From Longimicrobiales bacterium (GTDB lineage: Bacteria > Gemmatimonadota > Gemmatimonadetes > Longimicrobiales > Gaopeijiaceae): a stretch of DNA of 64,000 nucleotides. The notes under the pieces are model-generated. The model made no database searches. It saw only the letters and a program-made list of their open reading frames with translations, and was not told the origin of the DNA. Positions within the stretch are counted from its first letter, which is position 1, and each line of letters starts with the position of its first letter. Position numbers and translations under genes: made by a program. Positions 37,117-48,291 of the stretch are shown here, in pieces. The stretch spans positions 2,560,001-2,624,000 of the forward strand of contig CBDFIQ010000002.1 in the NCBI GenBank assembly GCA_965248195.1. Reading direction: 5' to 3'.

Positions 37117-38709
37117 CTAGTGGAGCTCCGCCGATGTGAGCCGCTCCCCAAGCTCTGCGGCTTTAAGTCGCTCCCGAAACAGCTCCTCCGCTTGCGTATC
37201 CGCTGCTCCCTCACGCGACGATCGCGTCAGGAGCGAGACGGCCGGGACGGTGATCAGAGGGATGACGGTCGTGACGTACGATGGATCGAGACCGACCCCG
37301 TCCCTGGTCAGGAGGAAAACCCAGATTTCACGCAGAGGAGTGGATCCCGGAGGTGCCTGGAGATCGATCCAGAGGGCCCACTTGATCAGGAGGAACCACA
37401 AGCCGCCACCCACGTACCCGAGGAGCATGCCCCAAAACGCCCCCTTCTCGGTCGTGGGACGCCAATAGAGGGTAAACGCGACAGAAATCGCCGGCGGAAC
37501 GACCATGGCGAAGCCGAAAAGGAGCAAGTCCAGGATCGACATGTCGGTTTGCGTCGCGAGCCACCATGCTACCAGGGCGGCGAGCACCGCATAACATACC
37601 GTCACCACACGATACGTCCTGAGCCGTCGCTCCGATGAATACGTGGCGCTGGACGGCATCCAGTCGCGCACGAGCATGGTGGCGCTCGCGAGTAGGATAG
37701 GCCCCCCGGAAGAGATCACAGCCGCCAGCACGGCGGCGATCGCGACGCCACCCATGACGGGACTGATCTCCGAGGCGATCCTCGTGATGTTGTCGTACCC
37801 GGCCAGCCCCGCGTCCAGCCCATAACGGGCGACCGCCAGGATGCCGATTACGCCTGCGAAGACGGGCATGAGCGCCGCAATCATCCCGCCCACGATGAAC
37901 GCGGGAGCGAGGCTCCGCTCGCTTCGCGTAGCCGTCGAATAGTTCGCGTAAATGGATGCGGCCGGCGAGTGGATCGCTGCGGAAAAAAGCATGCCGAAGA
38001 CGGGCAGCCATCCTGCCCCGGCAAACCCCCACCACGCCGCCTGGGAGTGCGTCGGCGAAGAGGCGAGCCTGGCGTTCACCTGAAGTGTCACCGAGTCCCA
38101 TCCGCCCATTTCTCGGATGCCCAAGACGCCAACCGCGAGTAGCGAGACCAGGATCACCACGGTGTGGATGACGTTGGTCACGGCCGTCCCCCAGATCCCA
38201 CCGAGGGACACGTAGGTGGAAAAGACCGCGGCGGCGATGAGCACGCCTTGGAACATGGTGAGCGGTGTAAGCGAACTGAGGATCACCCCAATCACGTACG
38301 CTTCGATCACGTTGATGATCACGTTCTCGGTCTGGACGCAGAAGCTCGTGAGCCACTGGCACCGCCGGGACCCGAAGCGGACGGCGAAGAGCTCCGCCAC
38401 CGTCTGGAGCCTCAGCCTCCGGTAATAAACGGCGAAGAACACCCCCACGAACGCCATGGCGGCAAAGCTGCTGATACCGTACCACCACATGTTCCAGATG
38501 CCACCATTGATCACGGCACCCGCGACTCCGTACGTGCCCGCGCCCCCGATGCGAGTCCCCGCCAGAGCGAAGGCCACGAGAGCGCCCGACATGCCACCCC
38601 CCGCGACGGCCCATTCCACGGAGCCCGTGGTTCTCCGGACCATGAGGGCCCCCACGGCCGTCACCCCGCCGAGGTAGAGCACGATGGTGGTGATCGCGAT
38701 GTAATCCAA
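37117..38709 (-). CDS. Sodium:solute symporter (SSS) family protein
   Basis: Multi-pass membrane protein; TVAELFAVRFG, YVSLGG and AVLAAVISS motifs. Confidence 0.85.
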   Translation of the reverse strand: MDYIAITTIVLYLGGVTAVGALMVRRTTGSVEWAVAGGGMSGALVAFALAGTRIGGAGTYGVAGAVINGGIWNMWWYGISSFAAMAFVGVFFAVYYRRLRLQTVAELFAVRFGSRRCQWLTSFCVQTENVIINVIEAYVIGVILSSLTPLTMFQGVLIAAAVFSTYVSLGGIWGTAVTNVIHTVVILVSLLAVGVLGIREMGGWDSVTLQVNARLASSPTHSQAAWWGFAGAGWLPVFGMLFSAAIHSPAASIYANYSTATRSERSLAPAFIVGGMIAALMPVFAGVIGILAVARYGLDAGLAGYDNITRIASEISPVMGGVAIAAVLAAVISSGGPILLASATMLVRDWMPSSATYSSERRLRTYRVVTVCYAVLAALVAWWLATQTDMSILDLLLFGFAMVVPPAISVAFTLYWRPTTEKGAFWGMLLGYVGGGLWFLLIKWALWIDLQAPPGSTPLREIWVFLLTRDGVGLDPSYVTTVIPLITVPAVSLLTRSSREGAADTQAEELFRERLKAAELGERLTSAELH

Positions 38710-38847
38710 TAGAGGTCCTTATGGCGGGGGCAGAAGGCGTAGTTGGATAACACCCCCTTGGAGAAGCGGCAACCAGGGCGTTACAGCGCCGCCGTCGAAC
38801 AGTACATTCTCTGCCCACTTCCCCACGGGTGTCATCGGAGGATTCCC

Positions 38848-41325
38848 ATGAAACCAATTCTTAACGCCGCGCTGACCACCTTGTTGGTCGCGGGGTCAGC
38901 GGCCTGTAGCTCCGCTCGAGCCGAAATCGCCAGCCAACCCCCGCAGCAGGCGCGCTCCGAGTCGGAGGACCAGGATCCAAACGGCGAATCGGGCATCAAA
39001 CCGTACGACGAGGTCATCACCACTGAAGCCGAGTCCGACCTAGGCGTCTTCACCGTTCATTGGGTGGACGACAAGCTCTACTACGAGATCCCGAACGAGA
39101 TGCTCGATCGCGAGATGTTGTTGGTTTCCCGAATCGTGCGAACGGCGACGGACATTGGCTACGGAGGCCAGAAAGCCAATACACAGTCCGTGCGGTGGCA
39201 ACGCCGAGAGAAGCAATTGTTCCTCCGCACGGTTTCGTACGTCAACGTAGCCAACTCGACTGCGCCGATCGCCGCCGCGGTCCAGGACGCCAACTTCGAG
39301 CCCATCATCAGGGCTTTCGACATCGAAGCGTTCAATCCGGACAGCACGGCCGTCGTGATCGAAGTCACGGATCTGTATTCGGAGGACGTCCCCGTCCTCG
39401 GGCTTCAGGCCGGCCGACGCACGCAGTACGAAGTTCGGCGCCTCGACGGAAGTCGCTCATTTATCGAGTCGGCCAAGAGTTTTCCGCAGAATATCGAAGT
39501 CAGAGCGGTACTCACGTACGAGGCCTCCGAGGTACCCTCAAATAGCTCGACGGGCACGATCACACTGGAAATGGCCCACTCCATGATCCTCCTCCCGGCC
39601 GATCCGATGCAGCCCCGCCTATGGGATGATCGGGTCGGTTTCTTCAGCCTTACCCAAAATGATTACGGATTGGACGAGCACCGTGCCGGCGAGCGCCGTT
39701 ACATCACACGCTGGCGGCTCGAACCGAGTGATCCCGTCGCTTGGGCACGTGGCGAACTCGTGGACCCGGTAAAACCGATCGTCTACTACATCGATCCCGC
39801 AACACCCGAGCAGTGGCGTCCGTACCTGAAGCTGGGCATTGAGGACTGGCAAGTCGCGTTCGAAGGCGCAGGCTTTCGACGCGCCATCATCGCTCGTGAT
39901 CCGCCTTCACCCGAGGAGGATCCCGAGTTTTCGCCGGAGGACATCAGGTACTCGGTCATCCGATACTATCCCTCTGATATCCAAAACGCTTCGGGACCGC
40001 ACGTGCACGATCCCCGCACGGGAGAGATCCTGGAGAGCGACATCAACTGGTACCACAACATCATGAACCTCGTGCGGAACTGGTACTTCGTTCAGACGGC
40101 GGCGGCGAACCCGGAGGCGCGACGGACGCGGTTCGATGATGAGGTCATGGGGAGGCTGATCCGCAACGTAGCCGCGCATGAAGTCGGACATACCCTCGGG
40201 CTTCAACACAGCATGCAATCGAGTGCGGCGTACCCGGCCGACTCACTACGCTCACGGACGTTCACCTGCAGCACAGGAACGTCCGCATCCATCATGGACT
40301 ACGCCCGTTTCAACTACATCGCCCAGCCGGGGGACGACGTCTGCTTCATTCCACAAGTCGGCCCCTACGACAAATGGGCGATCGAATGGGGCTACAGACC
40401 GATCCCCGAGGCCACCAGCGCGGAGGCCGAGCGGGGCGCGCTCAACGAGTGGGTCCTAGGCCATAGTGATCCGGTATACCGATACGGGGCGGACCGGCCG
40501 TACGACCCCTCATCACGGCGGGAGGCGTTGAGCAACGAGCCCGTCAAAGCCAGTGAATACGGCATCGCCAATCTCGAACTCATCATGAGCAACCTGGTCG
40601 ACTGGACCAGAGACGATGGCAGAGATTACAGCCAGTTGGACGAGCTCTACGGCCAAGTGCTCAGCCAGTGGAATCGGTATATGCAACACGTCGCCACCGT
40701 CATCGGCGGCGTGGTTCGGACGTCCAAAACAGCCGGCCAGGCAGGCCCCGTCTACGAGAGTGTCCCGGCGGCCGAGCAACGAGACGCCATGAGATTTTTC
40801 AGCAAACACGCGCTGGCCACGCCCACCTGGATGATCGACGAAGATATCCTTGGCCGAATCGAGCCCGCCGGTATCGTCGAGCGTGTGCGGCAGAGGCAGA
40901 TCGGGGTCGTCGACAACATTCTGAACCCCGCCCGGATGCAGCGCCTCATTGAAAGTGGCGCTCGGGGAGGCGGGGATGTCTATACGCTGGGCGAGATGAT
41001 GGGGGACCTCCGGGAGGCTGTCTGGTCCGAGCTGGGGAGCGGCGGGAACGTCGATGCCTACCGACGGAACCTACAGCGAGGATATCTCGAGCGGATGGAT
41101 TGGCTGATGACGAACGACCCCGAACCACCGACGGGTGGGTTCGAGCCCGCCAATACACGGGTCGACGTGAGCCTATCGGACATCCGCCCCTTCGTGCGCG
41201 GGGAGCTCGAGGCGGTCAAGACGGACATCGAGGCGGCTTTGAGCCTAAGCTTGGATCAAGCCACGACCTACCACCTTCGGGACGCCGTGGTCAGGATCGA
41301 CGACATCCTCGAGCCGCGAGACTGA
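38848..41325 (+). CDS. Zinc-dependent metzincin lipoprotein (DUF4953/5117/5118-type)
   Basis: HEVGHTLGLQH, Met-turn SIMDY, DDRVGFF and DPRTGEI motifs; lipobox SAAC. Confidence 0.9.
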   Translation: MKPILNAALTTLLVAGSAACSSARAEIASQPPQQARSESEDQDPNGESGIKPYDEVITTEAESDLGVFTVHWVDDKLYYEIPNEMLDREMLLVSRIVRTATDIGYGGQKANTQSVRWQRREKQLFLRTVSYVNVANSTAPIAAAVQDANFEPIIRAFDIEAFNPDSTAVVIEVTDLYSEDVPVLGLQAGRRTQYEVRRLDGSRSFIESAKSFPQNIEVRAVLTYEASEVPSNSSTGTITLEMAHSMILLPADPMQPRLWDDRVGFFSLTQNDYGLDEHRAGERRYITRWRLEPSDPVAWARGELVDPVKPIVYYIDPATPEQWRPYLKLGIEDWQVAFEGAGFRRAIIARDPPSPEEDPEFSPEDIRYSVIRYYPSDIQNASGPHVHDPRTGEILESDINWYHNIMNLVRNWYFVQTAAANPEARRTRFDDEVMGRLIRNVAAHEVGHTLGLQHSMQSSAAYPADSLRSRTFTCSTGTSASIMDYARFNYIAQPGDDVCFIPQVGPYDKWAIEWGYRPIPEATSAEAERGALNEWVLGHSDPVYRYGADRPYDPSSRREALSNEPVKASEYGIANLELIMSNLVDWTRDDGRDYSQLDELYGQVLSQWNRYMQHVATVIGGVVRTSKTAGQAGPVYESVPAAEQRDAMRFFSKHALATPTWMIDEDILGRIEPAGIVERVRQRQIGVVDNILNPARMQRLIESGARGGGDVYTLGEMMGDLREAVWSELGSGGNVDAYRRNLQRGYLERMDWLMTNDPEPPTGGFEPANTRVDVSLSDIRPFVRGELEAVKTDIEAALSLSLDQATTYHLRDAVVRIDDILEPRD

Positions 41326-41346
41326 GTGACGTTGAACCGCACATGC

Positions 41347-42387
41347 TCAGACGTTGAACCGCACGTGCATGATATCACCGTCGGTGACGACGTAGTCCTT
41401 CCCCTCGACCTGGAACCGCCCCGCGTCCTTCACGGCCTGCTCGGATCCGAACTCCATGAAAATCGCATGGGGAATCACTTCCGCCCGGATGAAGCCCCGC
41501 TCGAGATCGGAGTGAATGCGGCCCGCGGCCGGGCGTGCGTGCGTCCCGCGTCGGACTGTCCAGGCCCGCACTTCGTCTTCGCTGACCGTAAAAAATGAGA
41601 TGAGGTCCAGAAGGCCGTACGCCGTGCGGATGAAGCGCGCCAGCGCCGGCTCGCTGAGTCCAAGATCTTCCAGGAACGCGGCCTGATCGGCCCGCTCGAG
41701 CCCCGCGATCTCGGCCTCTACGCTCGCCGACAGCACCATACCGGCCGCATCCAGTTCCTCGAGCCGAGCGGCAATCCCCTCGGGCATGGGCTCGGCGGCC
41801 TCGATCTCGTCGCGATTCAGGGCCACGAGCAGCGGGCGGTCCGTGAGCAGGCCGTAGCCCCGCAGGTAGTCGCGATTCAGTTCCTCCCGTGTGAGCAGCC
41901 GTAAAGGGCGCTCCTCCTCGAGTGTCGACTTCATCACCTCGAACGCCGCCACCTCCTGGGCCTCGGCGCGCTCCTTCTTCGCCCGCTCGAGCCTACGAGC
42001 AACGATCTCGAGATCGGCGAACAAACACTCGGTGTCAAAGGCCTCGAGATCTCCGGCCGGGTCTGGATCACCCTCGATCGCAGGGTTCACGAAGTCACGC
42101 AGGACCAGGCAGAGCGCCTCCTGGTCTCGAATCTGGTGAAGTCCTCGGGGAGAAAGCCCCTTCTTCTCGGCCCCATGCTCGCCGGGAATGTCACAAAAGC
42201 TCACCTCGGCATAGGTCGTTTTCTTCGGGGAAAAAACGGCGGACAGCTCATCGATGCGCTCGTCCGGAACTCGTACCATGCCGAGTCGCAGTTCCCCGCC
42301 GAAGCCCACGGCTACGTCCATACCTGTCATGGCATTGAAGACGGTCGTCTTGCCTGAGCCCGCGAACCCGACCAGTCCTACTTTCAT
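41347..42387 (-). CDS. ychF: YchF-family ribosome-binding ATPase
   Basis: GFAGSGKTT, VPDER, IHSDLERGFIRAEV and EGKDYVV motifs. Confidence 0.9.
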   Translation of the reverse strand: MKVGLVGFAGSGKTTVFNAMTGMDVAVGFGGELRLGMVRVPDERIDELSAVFSPKKTTYAEVSFCDIPGEHGAEKKGLSPRGLHQIRDQEALCLVLRDFVNPAIEGDPDPAGDLEAFDTECLFADLEIVARRLERAKKERAEAQEVAAFEVMKSTLEEERPLRLLTREELNRDYLRGYGLLTDRPLLVALNRDEIEAAEPMPEGIAARLEELDAAGMVLSASVEAEIAGLERADQAAFLEDLGLSEPALARFIRTAYGLLDLISFFTVSEDEVRAWTVRRGTHARPAAGRIHSDLERGFIRAEVIPHAIFMEFGSEQAVKDAGRFQVEGKDYVVTDGDIMHVRFNV

Positions 42388-42652
42388 TAACTCTCCGTGG
42401 AGTCGAGGCCTGCACGGTTCGCCGACCCGTAGCTGGTTTCCGGCGCCCCTAAGGCCGTTCGAGAGCTGGTCACGTCGTCGAAACGTCGGCCCAGTGAAGC
42501 GCCGGCCACAGTATAGCACAAGCGAGACTCGACGTATCCGCGCCGCTCCGCCGGACCACTTATGTGGCTCGTGTCGCCGCAAGATTTCTTCTCCGGTTGC
42601 TCCGGGAGGCTCGGTATATTTGAGAGTCCGCTCCGGAGGCACGACTCATACC

Positions 42653-43339
42653 ATGACACATCCCCTCGGTCCGCCAGACGGGACGACGTGGCACGACCTG
42701 AAGAATTGGTCGGTCGCATCCTTGATCGCCGCCAACCTGGTCCCGCTGTTCGGGACCCTGTTTCTCGGCTGGACCAGCGGAGACGTCCTGATCGTCTACT
42801 GGGTCGAAACCGCCGTAATCGGGTTCTACGCGATCCTGAAAATGCCCGTCGCCTGGGGTTGGTTCTCCCTGTTCTCCGTACCGTTTTTTATCGTCCACTT
42901 CGGCGTATTCCTCACTATCGCCGGCAGATTGGCGATCGGCGCCTACGTCTTGGTCGACGACGTCCCCGGCCAGGGAGGGGCAACGCTCGATCCCATCCGG
43001 GGCGAGCTGAGCGTGTTTGCGGCACTGATGCTCGCGAGTCACGGAGTTTCATTCGTGACCAACTTCATCGGCAAAAAGGAGTATCGGCTGCTGAAGAAGG
43101 ACCCGGAGCAGCTCATGGTCGCGCCGTACCGGCGTGTCTTCGTCATGATGGCGAGCGTCGTCGTGGGGGCAGTTCTCGTGTTTCTGACCGAGGCGCCCAG
43201 CGCGCTGATGAGCATCTTCATTGTGCTCAAGATCGTCGCCGATGTCATTGCGCACCTCAACGAACACGACATGATCCGAAGAGGTGGTGAGATGGTCCAA
43301 GGCGCTGGCGAACCGAGCCCAAGACCTGGCGAGGCTTGA
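42653..43339 (+). CDS. Conserved membrane protein (DUF6498-like)
   Basis: ANLVPL, YWVE, FFIVHFG, SHGVSF and APYRRV motifs. Confidence 0.7.
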   Translation: MTHPLGPPDGTTWHDLKNWSVASLIAANLVPLFGTLFLGWTSGDVLIVYWVETAVIGFYAILKMPVAWGWFSLFSVPFFIVHFGVFLTIAGRLAIGAYVLVDDVPGQGGATLDPIRGELSVFAALMLASHGVSFVTNFIGKKEYRLLKKDPEQLMVAPYRRVFVMMASVVVGAVLVFLTEAPSALMSIFIVLKIVADVIAHLNEHDMIRRGGEMVQGAGEPSPRPGEA

Positions 43340-43439
43340 CAGCGCTAGGGGCTCGTTCTATCTAGCAGTTGTTCGCGTCGCCTCAATAATTTGGACGGCG
43401 CCGTGGGCTGGGACCTTAACAGTGAAGCACGCAGCGACC

Positions 43440-43535
43440 ATGTCCAGAAACCTGTCTAGTCTCGGCATCCTCCGACTTACGGAGCTTACTCCTTTAGGGA
43501 GGGGGCATCGGTCTCTGGAAATCGGCACCGCCTGA
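43440..43535 (+). CDS. Leucine-rich leader peptide of the leu operon
   Basis: MSRNLSSLGILRLTELTPLGRGHRSLEIGTA (7 Leu), followed by a terminator upstream of leuA. Confidence 0.6.
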   Translation: MSRNLSSLGILRLTELTPLGRGHRSLEIGTA

Positions 43536-43563
43536 CGGAACGAGACTGACACGCGGCGACGCG

Positions 43564-43600
43564 CGGGCCCTCTTAGTAACGAGGGGCCCGTTTTTATTTT
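43564..43600 (+). terminator. Attenuator terminator upstream of leuA
   Basis: CGGGCCCTC...GAGGGGCCCG followed by TTTTTATTTT. Confidence 0.8.
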
Positions 43601-43632
43601 GACATAGGACTCGAAGCAGGGTAGGCACGATC

Positions 43633-45192
43633 ATGGCCAAGATCACGATTTTCGATACGACGTTGAGGGATGGCGAACAGTCGCCCGGGGCTACGATGTC
43701 CACGGCTGAGAAGCTCAGGATGGCGACCCAGCTCGACAAGCTGGGCGTGGATGTCATCGAGGCCGGGTTTCCCGTGGCCTCCGACGACGACTTCGAAGGC
43801 GTGCGCACCATCGTCAAGAAGGTCCGACGCCCTGTGATCGCGGCTCTCGCGCGAGCAAACGCGTTGGACGTCGATCGCGCGGGAGCGGCAGTCGAGGAAG
43901 CGGCCAGGCCCAGAATCCACGTCTTCCTGGCGACCTCCGATATTCACTTGAAGCACAAGCTGGAGATCGGGCGCGAGGAATGCGTGGAGCGGGTAGGTGA
44001 GGGCGTCGAACGTGCCAAGAAACTGGTGGACGACGTGGAATTCAGCCCCGAGGACGCCACCCGGACCGACGTGGCATTCCTCTGTCAGGTGGTTCAGGTG
44101 GCCGTCGAAGCCGGCGCCACGACCATCAACATCCCCGACACGGTCGGCTACACGTTACCGAGCGAGTATCGGTCCCTGATCGAGACGCTGTTCCGAGACG
44201 TCGAGGGTCTGGGGAACACTGTCGTCAGCGTGCATTGCCACGACGATCTCGGGCTCGCGGTGGCCAATTCCCTGGCCGCCCTGGAAGCGGGCGCCCGGCA
44301 AGTCGAATGTACGATCAACGGAATTGGTGAACGTGCCGGTAACGCCTCCCTCGAGGAAATCGTCATGGCGCTCAGGGTTCGGAAGGATCTGACCGAGCAC
44401 CACACGGACATCGGTACCAAGGAGCTCTACAAGACCAGCCAGCTGCTGTCCCACATCACGGGCATCCACCCTCAGCCCAACAAGGCGATCGTGGGCCGCA
44501 ACGCCTTTTCCCACGAAGCCGGTATTCACCAGCACGGTATGCTGAAGGAGCGCATGACGTACGAGATCATGACTCCGGAAATGGTGGGCGCCCCCGGGAC
44601 GCGTCTGGTCTTGGGCAAACACTCCGGACGGCACGGCCTGCGCAATCGGTACCAGGAGCTCGGGTACGACCTGAGTGATGAGGAACTCGATCAAGCCTAC
44701 AAGCTGTTCACCCTCCTTGCAGACCAGAAAAAATCGATCCTCGACGAAGACCTCCTGGTCATTCTACATCACGGTGCGATGAAGGACGCACCCGAGTCGT
44801 TCCGGCTGGTCGAGCTGGATGTGAACTGCGGAGGCAAGTGGTCCACTGCACGAGTCAGGGTGTCGCACCGCGATGGACCCCCGAGAGAGGCGTCCGGAAA
44901 AGGCGACGGGCCCATCGCCGCGGCCTTCTCGGCAATCGACGAGCTGACCGACGCCACAGTCGAGATCATAGATTTCGAAATCGTGGCGGCCACCCCAGGC
45001 AGGGATGCGATTGGCGAGGTGAACCTTCACGCTCGTATTGGCGGACGAACGTTCGCTGGCCGGGGCGCCTCGACCGACGTGGTGCACGCTGCCGCCCGCG
45101 CCTATATCAACGCGCTCAATAAGGCTGAACAGGCCGAGGCCCTCGGGGAGGTGGAGTTGGAGAAGGAGAGTTCGCTGGGAGGCCGGGCGTGA
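43633..45192 (+). CDS. leuA: 2-isopropylmalate synthase
   Basis: [17 protein letters not shown] and GERAGN motifs; C-terminal regulatory domain. Confidence 0.97.
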   Translation: MAKITIFDTTLRDGEQSPGATMSTAEKLRMATQLDKLGVDVIEAGFPVASDDDFEGVRTIVKKVRRPVIAALARANALDVDRAGAAVEEAARPRIHVFLATSDIHLKHKLEIGREECVERVGEGVERAKKLVDDVEFSPEDATRTDVAFLCQVVQVAVEAGATTINIPDTVGYTLPSEYRSLIETLFRDVEGLGNTVVSVHCHDDLGLAVANSLAALEAGARQVECTINGIGERAGNASLEEIVMALRVRKDLTEHHTDIGTKELYKTSQLLSHITGIHPQPNKAIVGRNAFSHEAGIHQHGMLKERMTYEIMTPEMVGAPGTRLVLGKHSGRHGLRNRYQELGYDLSDEELDQAYKLFTLLADQKKSILDEDLLVILHHGAMKDAPESFRLVELDVNCGGKWSTARVRVSHRDGPPREASGKGDGPIAAAFSAIDELTDATVEIIDFEIVAATPGRDAIGEVNLHARIGGRTFAGRGASTDVVHAAARAYINALNKAEQAEALGEVELEKESSLGGRA

Positions 45193-46277
45193 GGTGGCGG
45201 ATCGCGGTTCTCGGTGGAGACGGTGTCGGTCCCGAGGTCATGGAGGCGTCCCTCGATGTGCTGCGAGCGACGGCAGGGCAATTCGGGCATGAGCTCACCG
45301 CCGACGTCCAAGACGTGGGGTTCGCCGCATACGAGCGGAGTGGGAACCCGCTCCCGGAGGAGACACTGACCGCCTGCCGCAGCGCTGACGCGGTACTCCT
45401 CGGGGCAGTCGGAGATCCGCGCTCCGAGGGGGTGCCCGTCGAGCTGCGTCCGGAGGCCGCGCTCCTGGCCCTTCGTAAGGAGATGGGGTGCTACGCCAAT
45501 CTCCGCCCGGTTCGCCTTCTCCCCGCTTTGGCTTCGGCCTCTCCGTTACGCCCTGAAATCGTGGACGGCACTGACCTTTTGATCGTCCGCGAGTTGGCCG
45601 GCGGGCTCTATTACAGCGAGCCGCGTGGCCCGGTGGAGGACGGACGGGCCGCGGTGGACACCATGAGGTACCACCAGGACGAAGTAGGCCGCATCGCACG
45701 GGTGGCTTTCGAGGCGGCGCGGGAGCGGAAAAAGAGCGTGCTCTCGGTCGACAAGGCCAACGTGCTGCACAGCTCACGACTCTGGCACCGGGTGGTTGAC
45801 CAGATCGCCGAGGAGTATCCGGACGTCGAGTGCGACCACATGCTGGTCGATCGTGCGGCCATGGAGCTCGTGCTGAACCCTTCGAGCTTCGACGTCGTGC
45901 TGACGCCCAACCTGTTCGGTGACGTGCTCAGCGATGAGGCCGCCGCGGTCGTCGGATCCATCGGCTTGCTGGCCTCCGCAAGCATCGGCGGCGGTGGTGG
46001 TATCTTCGAGCCGGTACACGGGTCCGCTCCGGACATCGCAGGAACCGGAACCGCCAACCCCCTTGCGATGATCCTCTCGGCCGCGCTCCTGCTCCGCCAC
46101 GTCTACTCGCTCGAGGCAGAGTCCGCGGCCATTGAGAACGCGGTGGGACAGGTGCTGGAAGACGGCCTTCGTACGAGGGACCTCGTCGCAGATGGTGAGG
46201 GAGCAGTCGGAACGGCAGAGATGGGGGCGGCGGTCGCGGGCGCGATCTCGAAAGCGGAGGTAGGGGCCGATGCCTAG
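45189..46277 (+). CDS. leuB: 3-isopropylmalate dehydrogenase
   Basis: [22 protein letters not shown] and [12 protein letters not shown] motifs. Confidence 0.97.
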   Translation: MRWRIAVLGGDGVGPEVMEASLDVLRATAGQFGHELTADVQDVGFAAYERSGNPLPEETLTACRSADAVLLGAVGDPRSEGVPVELRPEAALLALRKEMGCYANLRPVRLLPALASASPLRPEIVDGTDLLIVRELAGGLYYSEPRGPVEDGRAAVDTMRYHQDEVGRIARVAFEAARERKKSVLSVDKANVLHSSRLWHRVVDQIAEEYPDVECDHMLVDRAAMELVLNPSSFDVVLTPNLFGDVLSDEAAAVVGSIGLLASASIGGGGGIFEPVHGSAPDIAGTGTANPLAMILSAALLLRHVYSLEAESAAIENAVGQVLEDGLRTRDLVADGEGAVGTAEMGAAVAGAISKAEVGADA

Positions 46278-47670
46278 CACGATGCTCGACAAAATCTGGG
46301 ATGCACACGTGGTTCACAGCGAGGCCGACCGGCCGGACCTGATCTACATCGACCTGCACCTCATCCACGAGGTGACTTCACCCCAGGCGTTCGAGGGGCT
46401 CCGGCTCGCTGGACGCCGGGTGCGACGGCCCGACCTGTGCGTGGCCACGGTGGACCACAACGTGCCGACCACCGATCGGTCCCTTCCGATCCTGGACGAT
46501 CTCGCTCGGACCCAGATGGAGACGCTGGCGAAAAATACCGAGGAGTTCGGCATCACGCTCTACGACATCGACAGCCCTCACCAGGGAATCGTGCACGTGA
46601 TGGGACCGGAGATGGGGCTCACCCAACCCGGCCTGACCATCGTCTGCGGCGACAGCCACACCTCCACCCACGGCGCCTTCGGAGCACTCGCGTTCGGTAT
46701 CGGAACGTCGCAGGTGGAGCACGTGCTGGCGACGCAGTGCCTGCCGATGTCCCGTCCGCAATCGATGGAAATTCGGGTGAACGGCGATCTCCCTCAAGGT
46801 GTCACGGCCAAGGATCTGATTCTGGCGATCATCAGCCAGATCGGAGTGGCCGGTGGCGTTGGGCACGTGATCGAGTATACGGGAGCAGCCGTGCGCGCCC
46901 TCTCCATGGAAGCCCGCATGACCGTGTGCAACATGTCGATCGAGGCCGGCGCGCGGGCGGGAATGATCGCGCCCGACGACGAGACCGTGCGCTATCTGCG
47001 GGGCCGGCCGAACGCTCCCAAAGGAAACGCTTTCGACGAGGCGGCCGCCCGATGGCTAGAGCTCCGCACGGACGCGGACGCCGTTTTCGACCAGACGGTG
47101 GAGATCGACGCCGCCTCGTTGGAGCCCTACGTGACGTGGGGCACCAATCCGGGGATGTCGGTGGGCGTCACGGGCACGGTACCGGGCCCGGCACCGGATG
47201 GATCCCCGGATGACCGAGAGGCGGTGGAGAGGGCGCTGGCGTACATGGCGCTCGAGCCGGGCACGCCCATCCAGGAGGTCGAAATCGACCGGGTCTTCGT
47301 CGGCTCCTGCACGAACTCCCGCATCGAAGACCTTCGGGTCGCGGCAGGTGTCCTGGACGGTAAGCACGTGCACGAAAGGGTACGTGCGATGGTCGTTCCG
47401 GGCTCGGCGGCCGTGAAGCGAATGGCCGAGGAGGAGGGGTTGGACCGAATCTTCCGAGCCGCGGGCTTCGAGTGGCGTGAAGCGGGATGCTCGATGTGCC
47501 TTGGTATGAACCCTGATGTCCTGGGCCCGGGCGAGCGATGCGCCTCCACCTCGAACCGGAACTTCGAGGGACGGCAAGGTCGCGGGGGACGGACGCACCT
47601 GGTGAGCCCGGCCATGGCGGCCGCGGCCGCGGTGTCGGGACATTTCGTCGACGTGAGGGAGTGGGTCTAG
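46270..47670 (+). CDS. leuC: Isopropylmalate isomerase large subunit
   Basis: [22 protein letters not shown] and GCSMCLGMN motifs. Confidence 0.97.
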   Translation: MPSTMLDKIWDAHVVHSEADRPDLIYIDLHLIHEVTSPQAFEGLRLAGRRVRRPDLCVATVDHNVPTTDRSLPILDDLARTQMETLAKNTEEFGITLYDIDSPHQGIVHVMGPEMGLTQPGLTIVCGDSHTSTHGAFGALAFGIGTSQVEHVLATQCLPMSRPQSMEIRVNGDLPQGVTAKDLILAIISQIGVAGGVGHVIEYTGAAVRALSMEARMTVCNMSIEAGARAGMIAPDDETVRYLRGRPNAPKGNAFDEAAARWLELRTDADAVFDQTVEIDAASLEPYVTWGTNPGMSVGVTGTVPGPAPDGSPDDREAVERALAYMALEPGTPIQEVEIDRVFVGSCTNSRIEDLRVAAGVLDGKHVHERVRAMVVPGSAAVKRMAEEEGLDRIFRAAGFEWREAGCSMCLGMNPDVLGPGERCASTSNRNFEGRQGRGGRTHLVSPAMAAAAAVSGHFVDVREWV

Positions 47671-47672
47671 CG

Positions 47673-48263
47673 ATGAATGCGTTCGTCTCTCATACGGGCA
47701 GGGTCACGCCGCTGGATCGCGTGGACGTCGACACCGACCAGATCATTCCCAAGCAATTTCTGAAGCGGATCGAACGGACCGGATACGGGGAGTTTCTTTT
47801 CCACGACTGGCGCGCCCTGGAAGACGGCTCGCCCGACCCCGATTTCGTGCTCAACAGGTCCGAGTACAAGGGAGGAGCGGTTCTGGTGGCGGGGCGGAAC
47901 TTCGGGTGTGGGTCCTCTCGAGAGCACGCGCCGTGGGCACTGCAGGACTATGGCTTTCGCGCGGTTATCTCATCCAGCTTCGCCGACATCTTCATGAGCA
48001 ACTGCTACCAGAATGGGCTGTTGCCCGTCGAACTGGCAGATACCGACGTGGCCCACATCATGGCCGCCGCACTCGCGGGAGACGGCTACGAGGTCACCGT
48101 GGATCTTGAAGCCCAAGAAGTTCGGGATGGCAGCGGCTGGACCGCCAATTTTTCGATCGACCCTTTCCGACGTCACTGCCTGATGAGCGGCCTGGACGAC
48201 ATCGGCCTTACGCTTACGCTCGAGAGTGAGATTCAGGCGTTCGAAGAAGCGAGGAGCAGCTAG
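47673..48263 (+). CDS. leuD: Isopropylmalate isomerase small subunit
   Basis: DVDTDQIIPKQFL and NFGCGSSREHA motifs. Confidence 0.97.
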   Translation: MNAFVSHTGRVTPLDRVDVDTDQIIPKQFLKRIERTGYGEFLFHDWRALEDGSPDPDFVLNRSEYKGGAVLVAGRNFGCGSSREHAPWALQDYGFRAVISSSFADIFMSNCYQNGLLPVELADTDVAHIMAAALAGDGYEVTVDLEAQEVRDGSGWTANFSIDPFRRHCLMSGLDDIGLTLTLESEIQAFEEARSS

Positions 48264-48291
48264 GCCCGATTAGCGATTGCTAAGGTGGGCT

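Noticed and set aside
37328..38857. Long alternative-frame ORFs (this 509-aa one and similar ones at 9937, 14686, 52216 and 55024)
   Set aside because: Shadow frames overlapping well-supported genes, typical of high-GC DNA, with no recognisable motifs
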